A stretch of 64,000 nucleotides of DNA, from the NCBI RefSeq assembly GCF_009914755.1, contig NC_060941.1; one strand, given 5' to 3'. The stretch is from the human T2T-CHM13v2.0 reference genome, Homo sapiens. A program made the translations under genes and the position numbers. Under the pieces are notes generated by a model. The model made no database searches, was not told where the DNA came from, and saw only the letters and a list, made by a program, of their open reading frames with translations. The number at the start of each line of letters is the position of its first letter. Position 1 is the first letter of the stretch. Positions 1-26,698 of this stretch are shown here, piece by piece.

Positions 1-65
1 GTGTACATTGGTTCGGCCATCCAGAAAGTGGTGGGGGCTTACAGCTCATAGGTGTATTCAAATAT

Positions 66-410
66 TTTCTTTTTCTTTTTTTGAAACAGGGTCTCGCTGT
101 GTCACCCAGGTTGGAGTGCAGTGTCGCCATCTTGGCTCACTGCAACCTCTGCCTACCTGGCTCAAGCCGTTCCTTTGTCAGATATATTTACCGAGAATAT
201 CCTCTGATCCTCCCATCTCAGCCTCCCAAGTAGCTAGGACCACTGGAATGGGCCACCACACCCGGCTAATATTTTTGTATTTCTTTTAGAGATGGGGTTT
301 CACCATGTTGCCCAGGCTCAGGCGATCCATCCGTCTCAAACTCCTGACCTCATCCACCTGCCTAGACCTCCCAAAGTGCCGGGATTATAGGTGTGAGCCA
401 CCCTCACCTC
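66..410 (-). mobile_element. Old (AluJ-like) Alu carrying a 38-bp non-Alu insertion
   Basis: T-tail then antisense Alu arms. Foreign sequence at 168-205. Confidence 0.85.
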
Positions 411-871
411 GCGCCCCCACCCCACCCCCCCAATTCAAAGATTTTCTGATTGGCAAGTGGTTGAAAGAGTTAAGCTTTTCCTAAAAAGAGTTGATGTCAG
501 AAAGAAATACTCGAGTTAAGATAAGGAGGGGTGTGTGGAAGCCAAGGTTCTTATTATGTAGATGAAGCCTCTAAGTAGCAGGCTTCAGAAAGAATAGATG
601 GTAAATGTCTCTTTTAGGACTTTAAAAGGTGTCAGACTCTTAGTCAAATCTCTCCTTAATCAGAAAAAGACCCAGAAAGGGAGGGGGATTCTCCACACAT
701 GCAAATTTCCCCCACAAGAGATGGCATTGCAGGGCCATTCCAAAATAAGTCGAATAATATATTTTTGGGTAAAATTCGTTAATTTCCTTCGGGGCCTGTT
801 ATCTGTCATGCGATGCTATACCAGAGTCAGGTTGGAATTTGTTATCTTAGTGCTACAAAGAGTCTGTTTTG

Positions 872-1126
872 GGTCGGGCGCGGTGACTCACGCCTGTAAT
901 CCCAGTACTTTGGGAGGCCAAGGCAGGCGGATCATGAGGTCAGGAGATCGAGACCATCCTGGCTAACATGGTGAAACCCCATCTCTACTAAAAATACAAA
1001 AAAATAATTAGCCGGGCGTGGTGGCGGGCGCCTGTAGTCCCAGCTACTCCGGAGGCTGAGGCAGGAGAATGGTGCGAACCCGGGAGGCAGAGCTTGCAGT
1101 GAGCAAAAAAAAAAAAAAAAGGAAAA
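872..1126 (+). mobile_element. AluY-like element lacking the end of the right arm
   Basis: GAGATCGAGACCATCCTGGCTAAC diagnostic. A-tail follows GCAGTGAGC directly. TSD AAAGAGTCTGTTTTG on both sides. Confidence 0.85.
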
Positions 1127-1167
1127 AAAGAGTCTGTTTTGTCAGTCTAATTATATATATTTTATGG

Positions 1168-1900
<733 letters not shown>

Positions 1901-2120
1901 TATTGTTATTTCAACCAGTGTGTCTTGTATTGGGAAGTTTGTAAACAAAACAAGGCTAGAGAGTGAGTCTTTACATGCAAGGAGACAGAAAGTGATTCTG
2001 GGGTCAGGTAAGTCCTTGACCTCAGCTGAGTCATGTTGGCTGCAGTCCTGAGCAAGCAAGATGTAACCTCATGAGTGTCTCAGGTGACTTCTCCATCTCC
2101 AGAGCACTTAAGTGGTTTAG

Positions 2121-2436
<316 letters not shown>

Positions 2437-3116
2437 CCTGAAATTTCTTGAACCGGCCATACTCGTTCCCTCCTCTGGGCCTATGCATGTGCTGTTGTCC
2501 AAACATCACCTCCTCTGGGAAGCCCTCATCTCTGCAGTCACATTTATTTAGTGTCTGTTCCCCAGCTATCCTAGATCCAGGACAGATTCCTCTCTCATCA
2601 GTCCCTGGCAGAGCCCAGCACACACCAGGGCCAGTTAAAAGCCAGGGTCTTCCTTGTCTCTGGCTCCCTTTCTTCTCCCCTGCTTTTGAATATACTTAGC
2701 TTACTGGCATCTTTTCACCTTGCAGAAATCCCTTCTGGAACAAGGATAAACAAAAGAACCAAGTGAGCATTTACTGTCTGCTGAGTCAGTGGATGTGCTC
2801 TGCCTCCCTACCCTGGGGAAGCAGTATGTGCCGAAACCCGGCCATGTGGAGACCAGGTTGTAGACGTAGGATATCATTTATTCAGTCAGTCATCAGTTCA
2901 TTTAGCAAATATTGGATGCTTACTGCATACCAGGTACTGTCATAAGGAGACCCAACAGTGAACAAAACAAAAAACTCCCTGCCCTTTAGGAGCTGATGCT
3001 CTAGTTGGGGGAGAGACAATAAGCAAAGAAGAAAATAATGATCTGGCCGTTCACATGGCCCAGTGGGAGATTCAGCAGGGGGCAGGGGCGTGCTCCTGGA
3101 GGAGGTCATGGTTTCA

Positions 3117-3584
<468 letters not shown>

Positions 3585-3868
3585 CTAGGACAGAGAGACC
3601 CTGGAGGACAGGGGATGAGACCAGAGGTCCTGCAGGCGGATTGAGGGGACTTTGGCTTGGACTCTGATCTGGGAGGGTTTGGGGCATGATCTTGTCAGAG
3701 GCGTTTGAACCAGAGTGACTCCATCTTGTATAGGGGCTGGGTAAAATAAGGCTGAGACTTGCTGGGCTGCATTCTTAGTAAATTAGGCATTTTAAGTCAC
3801 AGGATGAGAAAGGAGGTCAGCACAAGATACAGGTCATAAAGACCTTGCTGATAAAACAGTTTGCAGAA

Positions 3869-4242
<374 letters not shown>

Positions 4243-4394
4243 TCACTGCTCGTTATGCACTCATTAGGATATATTAGCATGCTAAAAGACACTCCCCCAC
4301 CAGGGCCATGAGGGTTTACAGATGCAATGGCAATGTCTGGAAGTTACCCTGTGTGGTCTAAAAAGGGGTTTAGCTCTAGGAATTGCTCACCCCT

Positions 4395-4403
4395 TTCCTG
4401 GAA
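4395..4403 (+). promoter_or_regulatory. GAS (STAT) motif TTCCTGGAA in MER41
   Basis: Exact TTCN3GAA. The neighbouring tandem site is degenerate (CTCTAGGAA, 4374-4382). Confidence 0.5.
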
Positions 4404-4457
4404 AACTCATGGATAATCCACCCGTTGTTTAATATAAAATCAAAAAACTATCCTTAG

Positions 4458-4679
<222 letters not shown>

Positions 4680-4690
4680 TAATTTTTGTA

Positions 4691-5706
<1,016 letters not shown>

Positions 5707-6109
5707 CTAATATTTGTATTCTTAGTAGAGATGGGGGTTTCACCATGTTGGCCAGGCTGGTCTCGAATTCTTGACCTTGTGATCCGCCCGCCTTGGCCTC
5801 CCAAAGTGCTGGGATTACAGGTGTGAGCCACTGCGCCCGGCCTATTCCTTTACTTTCTTAATAAACTTGCTTTCACTTTACTCTGTGGACTTGCCCTGAA
5901 TTCATTCTTGGGTGAGATCCAAGAACCCTCTCTTTGGGACCCATTTCCAGTAACAATCTTAGTGTTTTTGGTTTTTTTTTTTCCCTAATTTTAGAAAACT
6001 TCAAAGATATATGTAAATATATACAATAGGAAAATGAAGCCCATGTACCTGTATCGTGGCTGAGGAGTTTGGTTTTCTTTTCATTAAAAAAAATTAAATG
6101 TACTGTTTA

Positions 6110-6790
<681 letters not shown>

Positions 6791-6797
6791 GAATGAC

Positions 6798-6906
6798 GAG
6801 TTGATGGGTGCAGCAAACCAACATGGCATATGTATACCTATGTAACAAACCTGCATGTTGTGCACGTGTACCCTACAAGTTAAAGTATAATAAAACATAA
6901 AAAAAA
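6798..6906 (+). mobile_element. Severely 5'-truncated L1PA 3' end
   Basis: GGGTGCAGCAAACCAACATGGC..ATACCTATGTAACAAACCTGCA..AAAGTATAATAA plus A-tail. TSD AAAAAAGAATGAC at 6785-6797 and 6907-6919. Confidence 0.9.
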
Positions 6907-7937
6907 AAAAAAGAATGACCACCTGGGTGCTGCACGGATCAGCAGTCTGTCCCTTCACAGCTGCATGGGATTCCAGGGAATGATGTACTGGCCTTGGTTT
7001 TGAAGACCGCTCTGCCCTCCATGTGGGGGATGAACCCTGGAGGGGAAGGGGGAGAGCAGGGGACCCCTATCCTCTCCCTACACGCAGTGACAGCAGTCGC
7101 GTAGCCTGTGGCCCTGAGTTCCTCCCTCTTACAGCAGTGCTGTGCAGAAGAAGGTGCTATGCTCAGTTCAGCCTCACTTTACAGAGAGGGGAGGTAACTT
7201 CCTTGGGTTACACGCTGGCAAGTGGCAAAGTCAGATTCAAACCCAGCCCCTCCGTGTTCTGTCTCCAGGAGTGCGCTGTCTCTACAAGGCTCCCCAGGGG
7301 CTCTATGGACATTTGTAGATTTTCTGATCCCCACTGTGGGGCCAGGGAACCGATTACAGGGAGGCAGCCAAGCTTGACCTCAGAATCCTAACAGCCAACT
7401 GCAGCCTGAGGACCCCCGCATGTGCAGGCAGCTCCTGGGCTTGGCCCAGATCCTACTGTCTCCTTGCAGGAGAGGGAGGAGCACCAACAAAAGTTTAGTG
7501 ACAGATCGGTCTAGGATGAGACGCTGAGTCTGTCTTCAGAGCCTCTAGCTCTACTCCCCATCTGTGAACCAGAGGTAAGAAGTGTGAATTACTTCAACAA
7601 GTATCAAAGCGTCCTGGTGTTGGAGGCTGACACCTGAGCAGGCCTGGTTCCATCCTGGCCCTGCTGTGTGGCCTGAGGCCAGTCACAGTCCTTCTCTGGG
7701 CCTCATCTTCCCTTCACAGGGCTCCTGCAGCCCTGATTCTCTGTGCTGCTGAGCTGCCCGCCCCGGGAATCTTGGCTCTGCTGCTGGGGCAGAATAGTGT
7801 GAGCAAGGCATGTGGGACGCGTGCTGGTCACCAGCCCAAGCTTCTTCCTAGTGAGTCTACTCCCTTCCCTTGCCCAGACCCCAGTGCCCTGACACCTGCA
7901 GACAGAGCATTTGCTTTTTCTTTCCATACCTTTATTG

Positions 7938-12863
<4,926 letters not shown>

Positions 12864-14269
12864 CTATGTGTAGAGAGGGGAGTGTGCACGTGGGCAGAGC
12901 TGTCAGCACCGGGCAGGTCGCACCAGATGGCAGCTGTGGATTCTGCTTTTGACTTCCTGTGTGCTTAAATTTTACATAATAAAAATTCAGAGGAAAGGGG
13001 GGAAAAAGTGACCACAGGGGTGAAACAAAACATATGGGTGCTAGAAATGGCCCCTGGTTTGTGACATGTCATTCAGCCCAATCCTCCCTCAATGCAAGAT
13101 GGGAAAACTGAGGCCCAGAGGTGGAGGGAGGGTCTCTTCTCAGAGCGGACTTCCCTCCCTAATTCTGTTTTCCTCACACCGCATGCAAGCAGCTGTTTGG
13201 GCAGGAGAGGCTGAGGTGACACTTCCTGTCCCTTTGTCTTTTCTCTTCCTGCCAGAGCTCTGTGAGGGTGGTTCTGTTACAGCCCATTTCACAGAGGTGG
13301 AAGCTGAGGGCCTGAGAGCAGAAGTTACTTGCCTGAGTCACACATTGAGTTGGGGTGGGAAACTGGTCCCTAGGCCCCCACCTTCCTCCGATCCCTAGAT
13401 CAAGGGCAATGGCTTTGGATCAGCAGGCCCGGCCTGGCCCCCAGTTTTGCTGTGTGACCTTGGGTGATTCATCTGACCTCTCTGTGCTGCTCCAGGGGTG
13501 AGGAGTTAATGAGGTGACCCATGAGAAGGCTCCTGCCCTGCTGCCCTGCACACGATCAATTCTGTCACATATTCCTCTGTCCCTGCAGTCCCTGGAATCT
13601 CAGAATCTCCAGCAATTGCCATGGCCCCCGCCCTGCCTTGCTGCTATTTCCCTCCAGCCTCTGTATAGGTTTCTGCGTGTCTCTTCCTGTCAGGGTTTGC
13701 CACTAGCCAGGCTTTGGCCCTGAGGGATGGCATAAACTAGTGGAATTTCAGGCAGCAAGAGGCAGAGCGACTGGGGAGATATATGGGACATTCTCACCCC
13801 TTGTCTGGAATGTCCTTTTTCCTACACTCCAATTGGCAAACTCCTATTCATCTTCTGAAGCCCAGGTTAAATATCCTCACTCTGAGGAGCTTTCCCCCAT
13901 CCTCAGCCCAGGTTGGGTCAGTCACCACCCAGTGGCTCCCGCAGTCCCTCTGAGTGCCACCATTATGTGGGTGTGGGTTTTCTTGCTCCATCGCCTGAGA
14001 GGGCCTGGGTTTTGCTCATCCCCCTACCCATTTTAAAGAATGGGAAACTGAGACCAGCCTGTAATCATACAGCAAATGCAGGGCAGAGTCCTGAGGGCGA
14101 GAGTGCAGGCAAATCCCGGTCTCACCACAGACTCTCTCTCTCCTTGACCTTGGGCCCATCATGTCACCCCCTGAGCCTTAGTTTTCTTGTGTGTAACATG
14201 GCAGTAATGGCCCCAAATGCTCACCGTTTTTTCCCTTCATTGAAAGGACTTCTCTGCTCCTCCCTCAGC

Positions 14270-16530
<2,261 letters not shown>

Positions 16531-18315
16531 GTTGTTTGGAGCATTAAATGACATCATCAACACCCAATAGTGGGTGCTCTTATCATTATTATGATTACTA
16601 CTATTATTTATCACTTCATTTTGTCATTGTGGATACGATGATGTGTCTCCCAGCCCAGAACTGCCAGGAGCACCTGCTCACGGAGCTTCTTTGGTGCCCC
16701 ATACCTACCAGTTGGGTCCCCTCCAGCAGGACCCCCCGCAGGAGCCCCAGCTTCCACCAGAGCACTGGGATGCCCTTTGTGTGTTGTTTGGTGTTTATAA
16801 TACTCATTTATCAAAACCAGCCAGCTGGCTTAGGCTGCTTGGCCGCACTGCTCATGGGAGGGGAGGCGTGGGAGGTGGCCTCCCCCTCCTGGACCTGTCG
16901 GAGAGACAACATCATAGCCCTCCCCATCACCTGGCCTGCACCCACAGCCCAGTGTGCTGGGTGCCTGCAGACATCTCCCATTCATTAGAGCCACACCATA
17001 GCACCCGGGTCTAGGTTCTGATTCCCATTTGCCAGATGAGACAACAGAGGCTCAAAGAGGCCATCTGGTTGCGGTTGCTGAGAGTCCCACGGCCCAGAAG
17101 GTTCGCATTGAGATACGATTGCAGGGTCTCTGGCTCTCATGTCATCACTTGCTCACATTCTCACTCAGCAAACCCTCATCCACCTCTCCTGCTGCCTGCC
17201 CAAGCGGGAGAGCAGCCAGAGGCAAGCAGGGACTGTTGAGCACCCAGCAGGTATGAAGCACGAGACTGCATAAATGATCTCACTCCAGGGAGGTGGCTGT
17301 TATTGTGTTATTGTCCCCTTTTACAGACCAGGAAACTGAGGCTTAAAGAGACCTAGTGACTCACTCAATAAATTAGTGGCAGAGCAGGATTTGAACCTGG
17401 GCACACTATTTCCTCAGCCTGAGTGCCTGACTGCTGGGCCAAACTGAATCCATGGTCTGTGTCCCTTCAGTGGGATGGGCCCCAATCTGGCCCGTAGTTC
17501 TGGGAGCACACATGCTGTGTGTGTGCCCTCACCAATCATCACAAAGGTCCTCCAGGAGGCCCTGCCATTCCCACTCACCCTTGAAATCCTGTTTCCTTCT
17601 CCATTCAAGCTCATGTGGCTCCATCTCTGAACCTTGTTCCGTGCAGGGCTGCTTCCTGCACCAGCTTCCCCACCCAAGCAGTTAGTAAGAACCAGAACTC
17701 CATCCGGAGGCTCACAGCAGCCCCTGAGGGAGATTGGCCAAGGGAGACTGGCCAAGGCGGCCGGGAGCTTCCAACTGAGGGAGGCCCCGAGGCCTGCAGG
17801 TGCCTTTCTCTTGCTCTGAATGACACTAGGAATCCAAAGATACATCTGGCCTGGGCCTGCAGGCTTGAGGTCAGTACAGGGTTTGCAGGAACCCAGAGGA
17901 GCCAGTGGTAGTTCCACCTGAAGCATCGGGGAAGGCTGCCCTGGAGAGGTGGTGCTGGCATGTGGCCTAGAAAGATGACGTGGTCATCAGCCTATCAACT
18001 CCACATTTCTCCATCAAGCTCTATCTCCTCTTCCCACACCCACTGCCCCGCCTGGTTTTATCTGTGTGATTGGCAGGCTCCCCAACCCTAATCTGGAGGA
18101 GGCTCCAAGCCTCTCCATCACCCTGGCCTCCTCCCTCAGCCTCCTTCTACTGCCTACCTGCCACCACAGCCTCAGAATCTTTCTCAGGTCCCGTCCCCTC
18201 CCCACTGGAGGAGGAAGCCTCCGCCAGGGGCCCTGCTCTAGGAAACGTGCTGACAGACTGGGAAGTGTGGCAGGTGGCCCCGTGAATAGTCACGGTTCAC
18301 ATTAAATTCCAGGAG

Positions 18316-18750
18316 TGTGGAGGTTTTAGAGAATGGCTGCAAATTCTCTGTCATTCCTTCATTGAGAGGCGGGGTCTGTGTCTCCTCCCTTATATCTAAA
18401 TGGGCTACTTCAACCCACAGAGTGAGGCAGAAGTGATGCTGGGAGGCTGTCTAAGCTACATCAGGCCATGCAGCTTCATCTGGTTCTCTTGGGACACTCA
18501 TGCTCCGTGCCTGTTGCCATGCTATGAGGAAGTCATAGGCAGAGGCTGGATGGAAGTGCTCCAGTCCAATCAGGCAGGGCCAGAGTCCTCCTGGCCCGGG
18601 TGAGGAGGAGGTAAATATGCAGGTGAAGGAAACTGCACATGAATCCAGCCGAGGCTGGGACGTTACAGCACAGGGACAGGCCATCCCTACTGTGCCAGCT
18701 ATTTCATACCCCTGAGTTTAGGGTGGTTTGTGACACAGCAGGAGATAAAC
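18316..18750 (+). mobile_element. MLT1-type MaLR LTR
   Basis: ATGGCTGCAAATTCT..ATTGAGAGGCGGGGTCTGTGTCTCCTCCCT at the start and GGGTGGTTTGT.ACACAGCA..AGATAA at the end. Confidence 0.6.
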
Positions 18751-19640
18751 AAAGAGGGGATTTTGTGACTTCCCCCAACCCTGGTCATCATTCCTTTCTC
18801 AACACATATCTGCTGGAACCCATGAGGGGACAGGGGCTGTGCAGGCAGCTCAAAGTCAAATCCTAGATCCACTGTATTCTCTGTCCCTGTAAAACAGTGG
18901 GGGCAGGATTAGAATCAGGGCACATTTGATAGGACCCCCTGCACTACCCCCAAGCCACTGCACCCACCCTAGCCCCTGACAATATTTGAGTCTGGGGTCT
19001 CAGGTCACTAGATGGTGACATGTTCCTCCTGGCTCTGGCTTCCCATGAGGACCTCAATTTGGGTAATCCTGGAAGGCTGCATGGAAGAGACAGGATTTGA
19101 GCTGTAACGAACAGGCAGAGTTGAAATAATTGTGACATTTTGTTTATTTATATTAAAATATTATATTAACAATTATATTGATTGCCTTAACATTAAAATA
19201 CTATACATTTAATATATCCTGAAAATAATACACACTTTTTGCAGAAATGTTTGACAGAAAGGGTGTAAAGAAAAAACAAAAACAAAACCATCTTTGTAAT
19301 TTCAGTGTCCAGAAATAATCATGGCCGATGTGTTGGTGTATTTCCTACATTTCTACCATCCAACTCAGAACAGGCTGCAGCCTTTAGCAAACTTTCCCAG
19401 CTCAAACAGGGCAGAGACCAGCTGGCAGAAGGGAGAGATCCCATCACCAGCAGAAATGCCCATGTTTGGGCCATGTGGCCTCCAAGGAGGGTGCCAATTC
19501 AGTGCCCTCCATTCCCAGACAGGACTACTCAGGATCCCCAGTCCAAGGCTGCTCCTTCTCTGCCCTGCACCGACTGCCGCAGGGGTTCTCACAGCCTTTC
19601 CTCCTGCCTCAAGCCATTCACATCACTTGGGCAAGGTGGA

Positions 19641-19880
19641 CTCTGCAACCTCCGCCTCTCGGATTCAAGCGTTTCTCCTGCCTCAGCCTCCCGAGTAGCT
19701 GGGAGTACAGACACACGCCACCACGCCCGGCTAATTTTTTTGTATTTTTAGTAGAGACTAAAAAAACCATGGGTTTTGCCATGTTGGCCAGGCTGGTCTC
19801 AAACTTCTGACCTCAGGTGATCCGCCTGCCTCAGCCTCCCAAAGTCCTGGGATTACAGGTGTGAGCCACCATGCCCCGCC
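19641..19880 (-). mobile_element. Truncated antisense Alu
   Basis: Alu consensus without a tail. Confidence 0.8.
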
Positions 19881-20329
19881 GACTTGCTCTGTTGTAGAGG
19901 GGCAGCCTTGAAGACGGTGCATCCTTCTTGCTGCAGACTATTCTTGGCTCTCAAGTCCCCATGCACAAAAAATAACCTGCAGACTCAGGACTGTGTAAAT
20001 CTATCCTCAGGAGGGCAAAGAAAGCCACTTCTCTAAGCACGCCGGGGGCATACTGGCTGCCCGCCCAACAGATGTCTGGATCAGTCTGAATCCTGGGCAC
20101 CCGGGAGAGGAAATGAATTCCCTTCATCAGCGGCCTCGAGCCCCCAGCAGTCCTCCTCCACCCGGGGACAAATTCTTCTCTCCCCCCAAGAATGTTTGCA
20201 ATCCTTCGGATGGCAGTTTTCCAAGACCGACCACTTGAATGTCCTCTCTACCCTCATAAAAGCAAGACCTGTTCCTTGCTGGGAAAGCATGGGGTGGGTG
20301 ATCGTCTTCAACCTTTAAAGGGCTGGACC

Positions 20330-21300
20330 CGTAGCTGCTGCACCCGGGGGCACAGCTGACGGGAGAGGAGAAGCGGCCTCTTCTCAGCATGGGGATGTGG
20401 GGAGCCGCTCAGGGAGAGAAAACGAGGCCTTTACAGCACCGGTTTAACAGCCTCGGCCACGCATCTGCCCGCACAGATCTAAGGCTTGGCTTCGGGTCCG
20501 GCTCCACGCCTGCCCCATGTCCCCACGGTCCGCGGCCCTCGGGAGGCCCGGCCCTGGGGGCTGAGCTCTGCCCTGGGACCGAAGGCCACTCTCCCAGCCA
20601 AGGCCGGAGGGCTCTGCCCTGGGCACATGCGCCCCATCCGCCTGCCCTGAGCTGACCCCGCCGCTCCACACCACCCCACTCGCGGCTGAAAAGCTGAAGG
20701 CAGCCGCACACTCGCCCTTGCAGCTTGCCCTGCAGCCCGCGCGGCCATGTGAGCAAGCGCAGCCAATCAGAGGCTCGCCCTGGACTCCGTCCCGGGCTGG
20801 GGGGCGTGGCTGGAGGGCGTGGCCGGGCGGTACCCGCGGCGTCTCTGCGCTGCCGCCTTTGCTTGCGCGGCTGTGTAGGGGGTTGTGGCGGGCCGGAGAG
20901 TCCCCGAGTGACTTAACATTCTCTAAAAATACCCCATTTTTGAACTTCGACGACCTGGGTTGGCCTGCTCACTCTGTGTCCCTGCGCTCCTCTGCTTCTC
21001 TGCTCCTTCGGTCTTGTGTGCTGGGGACACGTGGGCCTTTCCAGTTACCTGCAGCCACCTTTGGTCTGTAGGAAGGCAGTGGCGCAGGGAGCGGTGGGAG
21101 CCCGGGGCTGCAGGGCTCAAGGTGGCGACGGCGAAGCGGTCTGCCCCACCCGCCACCCCCACCCGCAGGATGCGCATCGCCAGTGCAGCCCGGGTCGTGG
21201 CCCCCCAACAGACCCAGTCCCGCCGCGACACGGCAGCAGCACCTCTTCGCCGCGACACGGCAGCAGCACCTCTTCGGCCCTTTGAGCTCTTCCCTCCTTA
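20330..21300. promoter_or_regulatory. Orphan CpG island with promoter-type motifs
   Basis: High CpG density. AGCCAATCAG (NF-Y) at 20761-20770, followed by two GGGCGTGGC KLF/SP boxes at ~20800-20824. Confidence 0.7.
21221..21276 (+). repeat. Perfect 27-bp tandem duplication
   Basis: CGCCGCGACACGGCAGCAGCACCTCTT x2. Confidence 0.95.
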
Positions 21301-21883
21301 TTTCTCAGTCTCATGCTACACTGCGATTCTTTTATTTATTTGCTATTTTAGGCAGTATCCGCCGGCTCTCTACCATGGACACTCAGTGAGGATTTGGTTC
21401 TCTTAGGTATGAACCCTGTGCTTCACCTCCTGTGAGCTCCAAGACTCATTTCATCAGTTTTGGGATGCATCAGTATTTGGTGTTTACAGTATTATGGTTA
21501 TGTAAATATTGTTCCCAGCTGAGCTGTGCAGTACATTGTGACAACATTTTCCATTTTGTGTTGTTTGTTTTCCTGGGAATTCATAATAGCCTGTTTTCTT
21601 CTTGCATCAAGCTGGACACTCAGTGGATCCTTTCAAATCTGGAGACATGACCTTCGGTTCTGGGAAGCTGGAAGGCACAAGTGCTGTTTTTACAAGCTCT
21701 GAACTCATCTTGTTTCTGTCCCCACCTGCCCCCCCACTTCCAGAGGGACCTTGTGACTCCCAGGCTATGTATCTGGGGGGCCTCTGGCCTTGAATGGTTC
21801 CCTCGACATGCAGAATTTGGTTGCAGCTTCCTCCACTCTGCCTAGGTGATTACTATTAATTTTCCAGCTTCGAAAATTCTGTA

Positions 21884-25899
<4,016 letters not shown>

Positions 25900-26073
25900 T
25901 GACTTAGGCATTTTGCTTGTCTGGCTCACACACCAGGTCATACCTCCCCAGGGAGTTGTGTCCATCTTGTTCAATGTTGTGTTCTCAGTGCTAGTCACAC
26001 AGTAAGTGCTCAATGAATATCTGTTGAATGAATGAAGGAGCTGCCCACATCCTGGGTTTGGGTCAGCCTCTCT

Positions 26074-26698
26074 CTTTTTTTTCCCCCATCATCAGTATTT
26101 ATTGAGCATTTACAGTGTACTAGGCACAATAGAACATACAGAAAACATTTCCCTGCCCTTGAGGAGCTTACATTTTAAAAGAAAAAATACACCTCTTTTA
26201 AAATGGCATTTTTGTTTGGTGTTTTCTGCAAAGTACCGAGGAAATATTTTGTAAAGTGATGCTTTGGGTATAACTTAGCCCCATCATTATTTAAAGAATA
26301 GAGGAAGAAGAAAGAGGAAGGATTTTAAAGGCAGACAATGACAGACCATTCAGGATAGGTAGGGTTTTAAAGGGAGATAAACACAATCTCATCGACTAAG
26401 GAGAGATTTGCTGTAGTAAATAGGATGAGGGAAATAGTCTGTGGGATGCAAGCAAAGGAAGCAGGGTGCCTTAGACATTGATTGGAGCCAGAAAGATCAT
26501 GCGGCCTTTTTCCAAGTACATGGCCACCAAGTAGGAATGGTTGGTGACAAGACAGAAGGCTAAAAAAGGAAGGTAATCTTGTGCACCTGACAAATAGAAA
26601 GAATAAAGGATCAAAATCGAAGGCAGGCTACAATAGTATCAAGAAATTCTTAAAAACCAAAAAGTGATTTGGAAGCACAAAACTTATAGTTAATGCTA
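26074..26698 (-). pseudogene. 5'-truncated, 3'UTR-only retrocopy, probably of TPM3
   Basis: T8 tail at 26075-26082, minus-strand AATAAA at 26098-26103, TSD TTG(G/A)GTCAGCCTCTCT at 26058-26073 and 26699-26714. AT-rich insert. Parent gene assigned from recall of the TPM3 3'UTR. Confidence 0.7.

Larger units (their letters stand above)
1..1150 (-). mobile_element. MER4-family ERV1 LTR fragment, interrupted by two Alus
   Basis: Reverse complement resembles the MER4 LTR as recalled (ACAGACTCTTTGTAGCA..., GGCCCTGCAA, AACTCTTTCAACCA..GCCAATCAGAAAATCTTTGAA). Subfamily not determinable by eye. Confidence 0.7.
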
